A program made the position numbers and the translations under genes. Under the pieces are notes generated by a model that saw only the letters and a program-made list of their open reading frames with translations, searched no databases and was not told the origin of the DNA. Shown here one piece after another: positions 9,654-19,118 of a DNA stretch of 64,000 nt (position 1 is the first letter of the stretch; the number at the start of each line of letters is the position of its first letter). The DNA comes from an uncultured Rikenellaceae bacterium. GTDB lineage: Bacteria; Bacteroidota; Bacteroidia; Bacteroidales; VadinHA17. The stretch covers positions 143,579 through 207,578 of the forward strand of contig CAYMFM010000001.1 of the NCBI GenBank assembly GCA_964389685.1, read 5' to 3'.

Positions 9654-9687
9654 GAAAGAATGCTTTCCAGATGGAGATTTTATACCA

Positions 9688-10068
9688 CTATTCAGGCACT
9701 TCAATCACATTAAAGGGAATTTTCAGGAGGGATTCATAATCTTCACCCGATTCAAGCAGATCATAATCCCCCTCTTCAAAATACCAGTTTACCTCAATTT
9801 TATCCGCTGCTTTTGGCATGTTTTCAAACTTCTTGAAGATGGTAAACAGAATTTTTGAACTGCTGGTATTGAAATATTCCAGGCGGATATTAACGGTTAA
9901 TTTATCGAGCGGATTGGCTGTATACTGATCTACCCAGTCGAGCAGAGAGCGGTAAAATGCCTGAGGATCCTCTGGGATAGACTTGCCCGACATTTCAAGA
10001 ACCTTCTTCTCAGGATCAAAGTTTATCAGTGGTGTATTGTGTGTTTTACCGACAGAAAATGGGTTCAT
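9688..10068 (-). CDS. SiaC-family (DUF1987) regulatory protein
   Basis: THNTPLINFD, SGKSIPED, LEYFNTSSSK, VNWYFEEGDYDLLESGEDY. Confidence 0.85.
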   Translation of the reverse strand: MNPFSVGKTHNTPLINFDPEKKVLEMSGKSIPEDPQAFYRSLLDWVDQYTANPLDKLTVNIRLEYFNTSSSKILFTIFKKFENMPKAADKIEVNWYFEEGDYDLLESGEDYESLLKIPFNVIEVPE

Positions 10069-10274
10069 TGTTCAAATTTTATAAGTTTCACATCGATGTA
10101 ACGGTAGTATTATTACCCCTGCTCATTTATCTTCAAAATACCGACTCAAGATACAAAAATAATTAAAAACTTGACTTGCAATCTGTCAAATATTAATTTG
10201 TGAATGAATTCCACGATTGTTCAAGGAGTGGGAAATCCATTTCATGATTGCGCAGAAAGAGCATACTTTTCGCA

Positions 10275-10967
10275 CTAAAGCGAGTTATAAAATTTGATCA
10301 GTTCCATCATATCCTCCCGTGAAGAATACGAAAGGTTTTGCTCCTTAATGTATTGTTCAATTCTTTCACCCTGGTCCGACAGGATCTCCCGGATATTTTT
10401 CCGGTTAATCTTATGGGCTATTCGTGAGTCTTTCAGGATATAGTAGGTATCATCCTCCCGGTCAAAATAGGCAGCTTTGGGATCGGAATAGGCTTTTGCC
10501 GGGACGGCATCAACCAGATCTGCCTCCTTCTTTGCCAGCAGCTTGCATTTTCCGTCCAAAACAAGTTCAAAATATGATCCGCGGCCTTTCTCTATATCTG
10601 TCATGGCGTATATAAGGGTATAATCCCCAATCGCAATGCTGTCAATGATTCCGGGGTCTGCAATGGCCTGGTAAACACCGTTTTGCATAAAATGAATTTC
10701 ATTGGCATAGATATCGTACCTGAATTTCCCTTTATAGGTTCCCTGACCCCTGATCGTTATTGTCCCTTCCTGTAACGTCTCGTCGTATAGAAAAGGATTA
10801 CCTTCAATCTGATCATAAGCATTTCTGTTCGATGGATCCAGTTGTTTGTTTATCCTGAGTTTGGTCATGACGTCATCCCATTCATCCAGTACCACCTGGG
10901 CATGAAGAGGGGGTAATGACAGGATGGGAATAAACAGGATCACTGAGTATGCTATCGTTTTTTTCAT
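10275..10967 (-). CDS. Hypothetical secreted protein
   Basis: Likely start at MKKTIAY (10967) with a signal peptide; IEGNPFLY and PAKAYSDPK segments; no family recognised. Confidence 0.65.
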   Translation of the reverse strand: MKKTIAYSVILFIPILSLPPLHAQVVLDEWDDVMTKLRINKQLDPSNRNAYDQIEGNPFLYDETLQEGTITIRGQGTYKGKFRYDIYANEIHFMQNGVYQAIADPGIIDSIAIGDYTLIYAMTDIEKGRGSYFELVLDGKCKLLAKKEADLVDAVPAKAYSDPKAAYFDREDDTYYILKDSRIAHKINRKNIREILSDQGERIEQYIKEQNLSYSSREDMMELIKFYNSL

Positions 10968-11287
10968 CAGATAATGTTGTTTTTTTTGCATATAACGTAC
11001 AAAGGTATACTTTTTTAGATGTTGCAGTATCAAGAATGTTATCGCAAACTTTATGCCGCAGTATCATAAAACAAACAAGGTTTGTCAAGTAATTAACCAA
11101 GTAGCACAGTAGATACTCTACGAAGGATTCTCCCATTGGTATTCCTATAGAAGCGTATACTTTGCGGTCTCTGCGTGAACTCTTTTTTTAGTTATGACAC
11201 AACCCCATCCGGCCATCCTGCCTGCCATTCCTGCGGCAGGTAAACCGGCAAGGCAGGGTCGACCTACATATGTTTATGAAAGAGAAA

Positions 11288-12091
11288 TTACCAGGGTGTC
11301 GTTGCAGTAGCTTTTGCGTAATCCAGCTCCCGGTTTTCGCCGATGGCATAGATAATCCCACCCAGGAGATGTCCACGGAATAGAGGATCGTCATAATCAT
11401 CCGGGTTATGGCCATATGAAGTGTACCACGATCTGCCACCCTCAAATTCATGGTACCAGGCTCCGGGAAAATCGTTGCCGAAAAGGTCCGGGAAGGAGTC
11501 TTTGCGGTCATCTTCAATGGTACTGAGGTCATGTGTGATCAGGACATGGATTGCAGGATTCATCTGTGTGACAAAATAACATTCATCTTCCCGGACCCAG
11601 CGGTCGGGAAGATCCCGGGTTGAGGGATGATTTTGATCGATGATGTTGACGGCGAATTCCTGGTATGCAGCATGAACAACAAAGGTGCCACCCACCAGCC
11701 GGATAAACCAGGGCCAGTTTCGTTCTGTGCCGCAGGCTGAATGGATGCCTACAAATCCCCCTCCTGCCTGGATGTACCGCATGAATGCTACTTTCTGTTC
11801 ATCCGTATCAAAAACATCATTGTTGGTGTTTGCGAAAACAATACAGCTGTACTTTGTCAGGTTTTCATCGGTAAACGATTCAGGAGAATCGGAAACATCT
11901 ACAATAAATCCGTTTTCATCTCCCAGCTCTTTCATTGCTTTCACGTTGTTTTCGATGTTGTCATGAACATATCCTTCTCCGTTCTTTGTATAAACAAGCA
12001 CCCGTTGTTCTTTCCGGATACCGGTTTTACAGGATAGGAGCAAAAAAGAGATCAGAATCAACAGGGATGTTTGAATGCCTCGTTTAACCAT
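11288..12091 (-). CDS. ThuA-domain lipoprotein
   Basis: Lipobox LLSC; VLVYTKNGEGYVHDNI, GGGFVGIHSA, DECY, GGRSWYTSYGH. Confidence 0.88.
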   Translation of the reverse strand: MVKRGIQTSLLILISFLLLSCKTGIRKEQRVLVYTKNGEGYVHDNIENNVKAMKELGDENGFIVDVSDSPESFTDENLTKYSCIVFANTNNDVFDTDEQKVAFMRYIQAGGGFVGIHSACGTERNWPWFIRLVGGTFVVHAAYQEFAVNIIDQNHPSTRDLPDRWVREDECYFVTQMNPAIHVLITHDLSTIEDDRKDSFPDLFGNDFPGAWYHEFEGGRSWYTSYGHNPDDYDDPLFRGHLLGGIIYAIGENRELDYAKATATTPW

Positions 12092-12142
12092 GGTTTTTAT
12101 TGTTAAGGGTTATAAAAGATCCTCGGATTGTGTTTCACCGGT

Positions 12143-13573
12143 TTATGGCAAATCGGTTGTTCCTTCAGCACGCGCCATTTCCAGTGCTTTTGTTGTTATA
12201 TAATATTTTGTGATCATGTTGGGAACTTCCCAGGGCGGTAGTTTACCATCCACCAGGTACTGCAGGAATTTATCCGTAACCTGTCCGAAATAAGCTTCAT
12301 GGCCTACCTTGTATCGTTCCGGGATAACTACCTTCCAGTGCTTGTCGGACTTTTCTACCTCAACACCGGGGTATGTTTCGTGGATGGTATTCAGGGCCTG
12401 GATCAGATCCTTGTCAAATGTTTTCGCATCAACACCATCGGACGGCTCTATATACAGAACCGGTTTATACCCTTCTTCCATACCCTGGCGGATGATCAGA
12501 TTAGATCGGGTTCCACGCATCACAGAGTAGTGTGTATCCCCACCTCCTTCCGGAGCTTTATATTTCCACTCCACGGATACTTTTGCCATGATCCCGTTGA
12601 TCTCATAGAGGATCGATCCGTTGGCATATACCTGTAACATTTCCTCTTCAGACAGACTCTGCTGTAAATAATCGGGTATCTCAGCAAGTCTTGTAACTTC
12701 CATAAACTGATCTGGGGAGACCTCAGTGGGCCAGCGGCTGGCTTTGTGAATTCTGATATCCTTCGTGTAATCAATAATCTTTTCAGGAAAGCATTCCCAT
12801 TGGACCAGATCGACCAGGTGTGTGGTGACATCCACCAGACCCTCTCCCTGCTGTGCGCTGTCGAAGAACCAGGGAGGACGTTGGATCTTTTCTCCCGAGA
12901 CATATTTAAAGAAATGGTGAACGCTCTCTTTGGTAATCGCGGGATTATCCGGCGTTCCTTTTTCAAGTTCACCAAATACTTCCGGAATTCGGGAAAACAT
13001 CTTTTGCAGGATCGTGGTGACCTCAAACCGCTCGGTCATGATGTCGTAAAGCAACAGGTGGTTCTCTTCAGCCGCTTTAAAAGCCTCAAGAAGGATCGCA
13101 AAGTCATCGGTATCGATTGCCATGGGTTTATCAGCCAGTACATGGATCCCACGCTCAACAGCTTTCCGGATATACTCTGTTTTCTTCCTGTTGTTTCCCG
13201 CCACCACCATTACATTTCCCGGTGTTTCTTCCAGCATTTTCTCCAGGAAATCGTCTCCCGTATAGACGTGAGATACCCAGTTCGTAGGATTCTCATCACG
13301 GGAATTATACTTCTCGATCTGTTGAAGGTGATTTGTAACATCCGGCCCTTCGGGAGCGAAAATATATACGTCAGGATGGATCTTTTCTTTCATGGTTTTT
13401 TGTACCAGTGCAGCATGAAAATGCCCGGGATCAAGGGTCATCAGGATCACCTCGCCTTTCGCACCCGTGAATTGCCTGCTTTGCGAAGTGTCCGATGCAT
13501 CCGGGTTTTTACAGAAGGACATAAGCATAAGTATAAAGATGAAGATAGGAACACATTTTACTCTACAATTCAT
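12143..13573 (-). CDS. Gfo/Idh/MocA-related oxidoreductase (putative oxidoreductase C-terminal domain family)
   Basis: LDPGHFHAALVQK, ADKPMAI, DIMTERFE, GLVDVTTHLVD; signal peptide. Confidence 0.8.
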   Translation of the reverse strand: MNCRVKCVPIFIFILMLMSFCKNPDASDTSQSRQFTGAKGEVILMTLDPGHFHAALVQKTMKEKIHPDVYIFAPEGPDVTNHLQQIEKYNSRDENPTNWVSHVYTGDDFLEKMLEETPGNVMVVAGNNRKKTEYIRKAVERGIHVLADKPMAIDTDDFAILLEAFKAAEENHLLLYDIMTERFEVTTILQKMFSRIPEVFGELEKGTPDNPAITKESVHHFFKYVSGEKIQRPPWFFDSAQQGEGLVDVTTHLVDLVQWECFPEKIIDYTKDIRIHKASRWPTEVSPDQFMEVTRLAEIPDYLQQSLSEEEMLQVYANGSILYEINGIMAKVSVEWKYKAPEGGGDTHYSVMRGTRSNLIIRQGMEEGYKPVLYIEPSDGVDAKTFDKDLIQALNTIHETYPGVEVEKSDKHWKVVIPERYKVGHEAYFGQVTDKFLQYLVDGKLPPWEVPNMITKYYITTKALEMARAEGTTDLP

Positions 13574-13689
13574 GGTTCAAATTTAAATATACATTACAGC
13601 CCGTCTCTAATTTTACGCATAGTGTTTCCTCGAGGGGACTTGATTTGCAATTTAAGTGGTAATTTGACTAAACCAATTTATACATTATC

Positions 13690-13869
13690 GTCATGCTGAA
13701 TTCCTGTCTGACGACAGGCAGATATTTCAGCATCTCCTTGATTAAATATGTTCATACAAATCCTTCATATCAGGATTCATTGATTTAGTCAGTTTAACTT
13801 TCCTCTTTTCATGCTTCGAAAATGAGATCCTGAGACTAGTTCTCCGAGGAGTCCTATGGACAGGATGAC
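13690..13869. repeat. Inverted pair of REP-like hairpins, each carrying a short insert
   Basis: GTCATGCTGAATT[20 bp]TATTTCAGCATCT at 13690-13735 and AGATCCTGAGACTAGTT[19 bp]CAGGATGAC at 13825-13869. Confidence 0.75.
13742..13819 (-). pseudogene. C-terminal stub of a GIY-YIG nuclease-like gene
   Basis: Hand translation SKHEKRKVKLTKSMNPDMKDLYEHI* resembles the K.KLIE.MNP.W.DLY C-terminus of small GIY-YIG nucleases (recalled, not searched). Confidence 0.5.
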
Positions 13870-13896
13870 TAAAATCCTACTTTTAAAAAACCCCTA

Positions 13897-14013
13897 TTAC
13901 ATTTGTTTGGCCCTTAAAAGTTCACACCATAGCCGAATTTCTGCACGAGTTGAATTTTTTCGTAAAACGTGGGCTCGTTTTTTCGAGTTTTTATTGTAAT
14001 CTAAATTTCGCAT
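13897..14013 (-). pseudogene. N-terminal stub of a DUF559 (Vsr-like) endonuclease
   Basis: ATG at 14013: MRNLDYNKNSKKRAHVLRKNSTRAEIRLWCELLRAKQM then TAA TAG; matches the A..LRKN.T.AE..LW..LR start of DUF559 proteins. Confidence 0.7.
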
Positions 14014-14082
14014 AACAGACAATCACCCTCTTGCACCTCCCTCAAGGGAGGACTGTAGCGGTTCTATTAGACATTTTAATTG

Positions 14083-15498
14083 TTAAACCACCCACGGTTC
14101 CCGCATGGGTCTTGACAGCATGGAGTTTGCTTCATCGTCGTTCTTGAACTGTTCTTTTTCCGGATCCCAGTAGAGTGTTCCTGGCAATTTCATGGCGATA
14201 TGGCTGACCAGGCAGGCGCTGCATGAGCGGTGTGCCACTTCCACCGGAGCGACGGTTTGTTCCCGTGATTTGATGCACTCCAGCCAGTTGCCATGCTGCT
14301 CTTCACTATGATACAGGTGGATCTCCTCCGGTCCGATCTCCGATTCCAGGATCTTCGGATCACTGGCATCCAGGGATTTCCGGTTCTCATCTGACGATAC
14401 CGGGTCACTGGGAGTAACGGCATAGTTACCTCGGGTAACGAAGATCCATCCCTCATCTCCTTCAAACCGCACCCCATTGGGATTATCTCCGCTGATCAGC
14501 ATGGTTACACCATTAGCATATTTGGCTTTTACGTTAAAGGGGCCATGGACATCCCACAATCCGCTTTCGGGAAACTCTGCTTCGGCTTCCACTTCAACCG
14601 GTCCGGTCAGTTCCGTATCCATTCCCCAGTGGGCTGTATCCACATGGTGTGCACCCCAGCCGGTGATCATTCCGGCACCAAACTGTTCGCACCGCAGCCA
14701 TCCGGGCCGGGAATAATCGTGTTGGGGGTGGACCCGTTTTTCCGTATAGCAGACAGAGGGGGTGGATCCCAGCCACATATCGTAATTGAGGTTTTCGGGG
14801 ATTGGCATCTCGGGCTCTTCCTCGCCGGAAGGATCTCCAGGGAGACCAATGATTACCGTATGGAGTTTCCCGATCCTTCCGTTACGAACCAGCTCGCATG
14901 CCCGTTTGAACTGGGGCCAGGGATCGACAGAACGCTGCTGGCTTCCGATCTGGAATATCCTGTCCGTGCGTTGTATGGCATCACTCAACGCCCTCCCTTC
15001 GGAAATTGTCAGGGATGTGGGTTTTTGCAGGTAGATGTCCTTGCCGGCTTTGGCTGCTTCGATAGCAGGAATCGCATGCCAGTGATCCGGAGTGCTGATC
15101 AGTACGGCATCAATCTCCTTATTTTGCAGCATTTCCCTGAAATCCCCATACATCTTCACATCAACATAATTGGGATTTCCCTTTTTTTCTGCATAGAAGT
15201 TTTGCACCCATTCCTTACCCTCTTTCATCCGTTTGCTGTCGACATCACAAACGGCAATCAGCCGGGTAAAATCGTATTTTAAGGTCTCTGGCAGGTCGTG
15301 AGTCCGGGAGATCCTGCCCACACCGATCGCCCCGATGTTAATCATATTGCTGGGAGCATCTTTTCCCATAACACAGGAAGGAACAATGGAAGGAACAACA
15401 AAAGTTGTCCCGGCAATAACCGCTGAAGTTTTCAGGAAGTCACGGCGACTCACTCCTGCGGAAACCTCTTTTTTCTTTTTGTCTGTCATCCTTTTCAT
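14083..15498 (-). CDS. Tat-exported Gfo/Idh/MocA oxidoreductase
   Basis: SRRDFLK Tat motif; IGAIGVG, ISTPDHWHA, YLQKP, QIGSQQRS, GWGAHHVD. Confidence 0.92.
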   Translation of the reverse strand: MKRMTDKKKKEVSAGVSRRDFLKTSAVIAGTTFVVPSIVPSCVMGKDAPSNMINIGAIGVGRISRTHDLPETLKYDFTRLIAVCDVDSKRMKEGKEWVQNFYAEKKGNPNYVDVKMYGDFREMLQNKEIDAVLISTPDHWHAIPAIEAAKAGKDIYLQKPTSLTISEGRALSDAIQRTDRIFQIGSQQRSVDPWPQFKRACELVRNGRIGKLHTVIIGLPGDPSGEEEPEMPIPENLNYDMWLGSTPSVCYTEKRVHPQHDYSRPGWLRCEQFGAGMITGWGAHHVDTAHWGMDTELTGPVEVEAEAEFPESGLWDVHGPFNVKAKYANGVTMLISGDNPNGVRFEGDEGWIFVTRGNYAVTPSDPVSSDENRKSLDASDPKILESEIGPEEIHLYHSEEQHGNWLECIKSREQTVAPVEVAHRSCSACLVSHIAMKLPGTLYWDPEKEQFKNDDEANSMLSRPMREPWVV

Positions 15499-15506
15499 TT
15501 TATTTT

Positions 15507-16778
15507 TTATTTATCCAATGGTTCAATTGTTATTTTTGGTGGGTATGCGAAATCTTGCCAAAGGCGCTCGGCAACCTCAGTTGGAATGGTTCCGGTATAA
15601 ACCAGCATCCGGTAAGTAAGCATCTGTTTTTTTCCTGGCAGGATCTCCCATTCTTTGTGACGGATAGGGCAGAACTCGAAAAAAACATCGTCATTCTCCA
15701 CCGGCCATATCCTCATTGGTTCGGGGTGTTCCCTGTTTTGCGGATGGCTCATAAAAAGTATCCCTGACATGCCCCCTCCCGTTTCTCCGTAAACCATGCA
15801 CCACCTGGCTTTCGTTGCATCACCGTCCTGGCGGGTCTTTCCTTCTGATGTAACTATCCAGCTGTTACCACTGTTCCAGGCTTCAGTAGCGCGGAAACCA
15901 ATTCCTCCTCCATACCGGTATTGCTCCAGGATGACCGGTTCGGGTGTTGCGCAGTTCAGGATTGAGGTGAATTCCCACAACCAACCTTCCCCCGATGGAT
16001 GTTGAAAGGGTTTCCATGCGCGCACATTCCATTCTTCCTTCAGCGCAATTTTTCCCCCATTGGGAGCCGTCAGGTCAATGTGATCGTGCAGCACACGAAA
16101 TCCTCCGTAAACAGGGCCCCCGGTTGTCGAAAGATAGGAGTTGAACCGGACAGTGCCTTTTTTATCCCCCAGGTTCCAGAAATCCACTTCCCTTCCTTCA
16201 ACATTCACCCTGGTCCAGGGATTCCATATCCCATAATGATGGTAATGATCGGGTGGTTGTATACGGGTGAGTGTATCCCCTGAAGGAGACCATACCGGAT
16301 GAATAAAACCACTTCGGGTATAGCTCGAATCAACACCTTCCGGAGGGGATACCGGAGCATGGTTGTACTGAAGCACAGGCCTGGAGCCTGCATAAATGGA
16401 TAGATATTCTTCCTTCCGGATGGTTTTCAGAATGGGGTCATCACTGCTTTCACCGATATAAAGCCGGTATGATCTTTCTTCACCCGGTTTTAGGGTATCG
16501 GATATGATCCAGTAGAGCTGCAGGGGATCGCCCGGTTCAAGCTGGCAGGGCACTTCCTTTTCGGTTTTGCCATCAATGCATTTCAGTATAAGATCGTCTG
16601 TTTCACGAATGGAAAAATTTTCCAGGGAAACGGATACGGGAGTGTTTATTCGCACATAATCACCGGCTTCAATCGTTATCCTGGCGACAGGCTTGGTGTG
16701 AGAACAAAAGGTTAAGGAAAGAGAAAACAACAGAACGATGAACAGATAGAGTAAAACATGGGATCTGTTAGAAGGCAT
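15507..16778 (-). CDS. DUF6807 (so-called PmoA-family) protein
   Basis: RSGFIHPV, DHYHHYGIW, YGGGIGFRA; possible lipoprotein signal (LTFC). Confidence 0.75.
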   Translation of the reverse strand: MPSNRSHVLLYLFIVLLFSLSLTFCSHTKPVARITIEAGDYVRINTPVSVSLENFSIRETDDLILKCIDGKTEKEVPCQLEPGDPLQLYWIISDTLKPGEERSYRLYIGESSDDPILKTIRKEEYLSIYAGSRPVLQYNHAPVSPPEGVDSSYTRSGFIHPVWSPSGDTLTRIQPPDHYHHYGIWNPWTRVNVEGREVDFWNLGDKKGTVRFNSYLSTTGGPVYGGFRVLHDHIDLTAPNGGKIALKEEWNVRAWKPFQHPSGEGWLWEFTSILNCATPEPVILEQYRYGGGIGFRATEAWNSGNSWIVTSEGKTRQDGDATKARWCMVYGETGGGMSGILFMSHPQNREHPEPMRIWPVENDDVFFEFCPIRHKEWEILPGKKQMLTYRMLVYTGTIPTEVAERLWQDFAYPPKITIEPLDK

Positions 16779-16813
16779 AATAGACGATTTATGCCTTAAA
16801 GTTATCTATTTTT

Positions 16814-17602
16814 TTATTTGGTTTTAGGGAACCAGGGGGAAAACCCGGATGTAGTCTCGATATAATCCTGGTATGCCGGCTTCCGGCTAACCATGGTTTT
16901 ATCAAGCATGGCAACTCCACTAACCTTGAGAAGAAGGAATGTCATGATTGCTGAACTGATTAGAGGCCAGTAAACACCAGCCGCATTGGAGATTAATCCA
17001 AAGCCCCACCAGACAAGTGAGTCACCAAAATAATTCGGATGGCGTGTATACTTCCAGAGACCGGACCTCATTACTTTTCCCTTGTTTTCAAGCTTCTGCT
17101 TAAATAATGTCAGTTGAAGGTCTCCGGTTGTTTCGAAAACAATACCGGATACACAGAGAAATAATCCTGTAAAATCGAGAAAGTTAAAACTGGTATGTTC
17201 AGATGAAAAACTGGCACCAAGCAACGGTGCTGAAATAATCCACATGAGCACACCCTGTAGCAAAAAAGTCTGAAAAAAGCTGATCCACCAGTAACGGTGC
17301 TCACCATAATTCTTTCGAAAGTTCTGGTACCGGATATCCTCTCCTTTGCCATAATTTCTCCAGGTCAGGTAGACAGAAAGCCGGATCCCCCAGACACAAA
17401 TAAGAATGAGTGTCATTATTTTCCTGGGTTCGAATCCATCATCTGTAACCAGGAAATAATAGATGCCGGCTCCCATAAAACCCAATCCCCAGAAGAGGTC
17501 AACAATGCTGACATTACGGAGCTTAATGCTTGCCAACCATAAAAAAGTCATCATCGAGATAATCCCTGCCAGGGCTATCAAATATGTATCTGTAAACGTC
17601 AC
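16814..17602 (-). CDS. DUF1295 membrane protein (steroid 5-alpha-reductase-like)
   Basis: SIVDLFWG, WGIRLSVYL, EDIRY, GLWKYTRHPNYFGD; probable GTG start at 17602 (MTFTDTYL). Confidence 0.88.
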   Translation of the reverse strand: MTFTDTYLIALAGIISMMTFLWLASIKLRNVSIVDLFWGLGFMGAGIYYFLVTDDGFEPRKIMTLILICVWGIRLSVYLTWRNYGKGEDIRYQNFRKNYGEHRYWWISFFQTFLLQGVLMWIISAPLLGASFSSEHTSFNFLDFTGLFLCVSGIVFETTGDLQLTLFKQKLENKGKVMRSGLWKYTRHPNYFGDSLVWWGFGLISNAAGVYWPLISSAIMTFLLLKVSGVAMLDKTMVSRKPAYQDYIETTSGFSPWFPKTK

Positions 17603-17716
17603 GGTTTTTATTATGAAAACAGTAAACGGCTCTCTTTGTTCACTTGTTTTACCTTTAATTCTCCTTGCCGGTTTCCGATCCAAATTTATGTAAATAAAAT
17701 CAGAATAAAGGACTTC

Positions 17717-18349
17717 TTAAAGATCATGAGTGAGTTTAACTGCTGTACGAACGAGTTTGGTAATTTCGTCATATTGGTCCTGCTCAACAAGTTCCTTCTT
17801 TACCATCCAGCTTCCTCCACAGGCAAAAATGAATGGATTCGAAAGGTACTGTCTAAGGTTGGTGTTGTTTATCCCACCGGTGGCCATGAACCGGACATTC
17901 CTGTAAGGCGCGGCAATGGCGTTGATAAATGGGAGACCCCCTGAAGCTTCTGCCGGGAAAAATTTGACATGATCGATTCCCCGCTCAAGAGCCTGCTCAA
18001 TCTGTGTGGGGGAATTCAGTCCCGGAATAATGGGTATGTCCCGCTCCAGGCAATGATCCACAACGCGTGGATTAAAACCGGGGGTAACCATAAATTTTGC
18101 TCCATTCGCATAAGCCTCATCAGCCTGGTCCGGCGTAAGAATTGTTCCCGCTCCCAATAACAAATCAGGAAATTCCCCGGAAACAAGGTTGATTGCTTCA
18201 ACGGCAAGACCTGTACGGAACGTGATCTCTGCAACCGGTAGTCCACCCTTGAGCAGTGCCTGAATTACAGGAATGACATCCTCCACCTGATGAATGGTGA
18301 TGATCGGGATGATTTTTATCTGTTTGATTTTTTCTAATGGACTAACCAT
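17717..18349 (-). CDS. eda: KDPG/KHG aldolase
   Basis: EITFRT, GAGT, KFFPAE (Schiff-base Lys), ATGGI. Confidence 0.95.
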   Translation of the reverse strand: MVSPLEKIKQIKIIPIITIHQVEDVIPVIQALLKGGLPVAEITFRTGLAVEAINLVSGEFPDLLLGAGTILTPDQADEAYANGAKFMVTPGFNPRVVDHCLERDIPIIPGLNSPTQIEQALERGIDHVKFFPAEASGGLPFINAIAAPYRNVRFMATGGINNTNLRQYLSNPFIFACGGSWMVKKELVEQDQYDEITKLVRTAVKLTHDL

Positions 18350-18548
18350 GAGTTCGGAATAACTAATGACAACCTGAAAACCGGTGGAAAATTCTGTGAG
18401 TAAACATTACCCGGTATATTGAATAACACATTTCAGTCAAGCAATAAATTTAGTAGATTTATTGAAACTTTCGCAAAGGAAATTTCAAAGTGCAGAATTT
18501 CAATATCTTATTGTTCCAGTACATGGGACTCAGGTGGCGAAGTTGTGG

Positions 18549-18640
18549 GAAGGATGAAGGATATGAAGGATGAAGGATGAAGGATGAAGGATGATGGATG
18601 AAGGATATGAAGGATGAAGGATATGAGATTAAGGATGAAG
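18549..18640 (+). repeat. Tandem heptamer array (GAAGGAT)n, about 11 units, with GAAGGATAT and GATGGAT variants
   Basis: Read directly from the sequence. Confidence 0.95.
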
Positions 18641-18762
18641 TAATTAGGTAATAAAAAAAATGAATTATAAAACATAAAATACTACATTAAATAATTTAAA
18701 ATACCTTGCATTATCAAACACTTAAACACATTAGTCACCACTTATCATAACTATTTTAAATA

Positions 18763-19110
18763 ATGAAAGATTTAAAGGATCGTACTAAAAAATTTGCATT
18801 GGATTGCTTCAGGCTGGTTGAAAAATTCCCGAAAACATTTATGGGAAAACATTGTGCTTCGCAGTTGTTTAAGTCCTCATCCTCTGTTGCAGCGAATTAC
18901 AGGGCATCACAGCTAAGTCAGACAAAAGCATTATTTATATCAAAGCTTAGCATAGTGACTGAAGAGGCAGATGAGTCAGAGTTCTGGCTTGAATTTTCAG
19001 AAGAAATAGGACTTACTAAAGGGGATGAGGTGAACAGACTTAAAGCAGAAGCTCATGAACTAACTTCTATATTTGTCCAGGCCAGAAAAACAGCCCAAGG
19101 CAAGAAGTAA
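18763..19110 (+). CDS. Four-helix-bundle protein (23S rRNA IVS-protein/Avd-like family)
   Basis: 115 aa; LKDRTKKFA, QLFKSSSSVAANYRA, FISKLSIVTEEADESEFWLE, EAHELTSIF. Confidence 0.9.
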   Translation: MKDLKDRTKKFALDCFRLVEKFPKTFMGKHCASQLFKSSSSVAANYRASQLSQTKALFISKLSIVTEEADESEFWLEFSEEIGLTKGDEVNRLKAEAHELTSIFVQARKTAQGKK

Positions 19111-19118
19111 GTTCTTTT

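Noticed and set aside
10171-10189. TTGAC-N9-GTCAA palindrome upstream of the siaC-like gene (also the AT-rich 11-bp inverted repeat at 6840-6864)
   Set aside because: Single occurrences with short or low-complexity arms; they cannot be distinguished from chance.
12746-13699. Long antisense ORFs (317 aa here; also 14545-15282, 23051-23803, 37416-38060, 56976-57587)
   Set aside because: They lie opposite well-supported genes and show no motifs; shadow ORFs.
15507-16778. Methane monooxygenase subunit PmoA
   Set aside because: The family name is misleading: this is a soluble, exported protein in a sugar context, with no pmoB/pmoC.
18549-18640. CRISPR array (also considered for 61768-61966)
   Set aside because: The 7-9 bp tandem units have no spacers; the 61.8-kb scaffold has only two units with very unequal inserts; no cas genes are present.
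18763-19110. Diversity-generating retroelement (Avd-like protein)
   Set aside because: No reverse transcriptase, and I noticed no TR/VR repeat pair with adenine-specific mismatches in the window.
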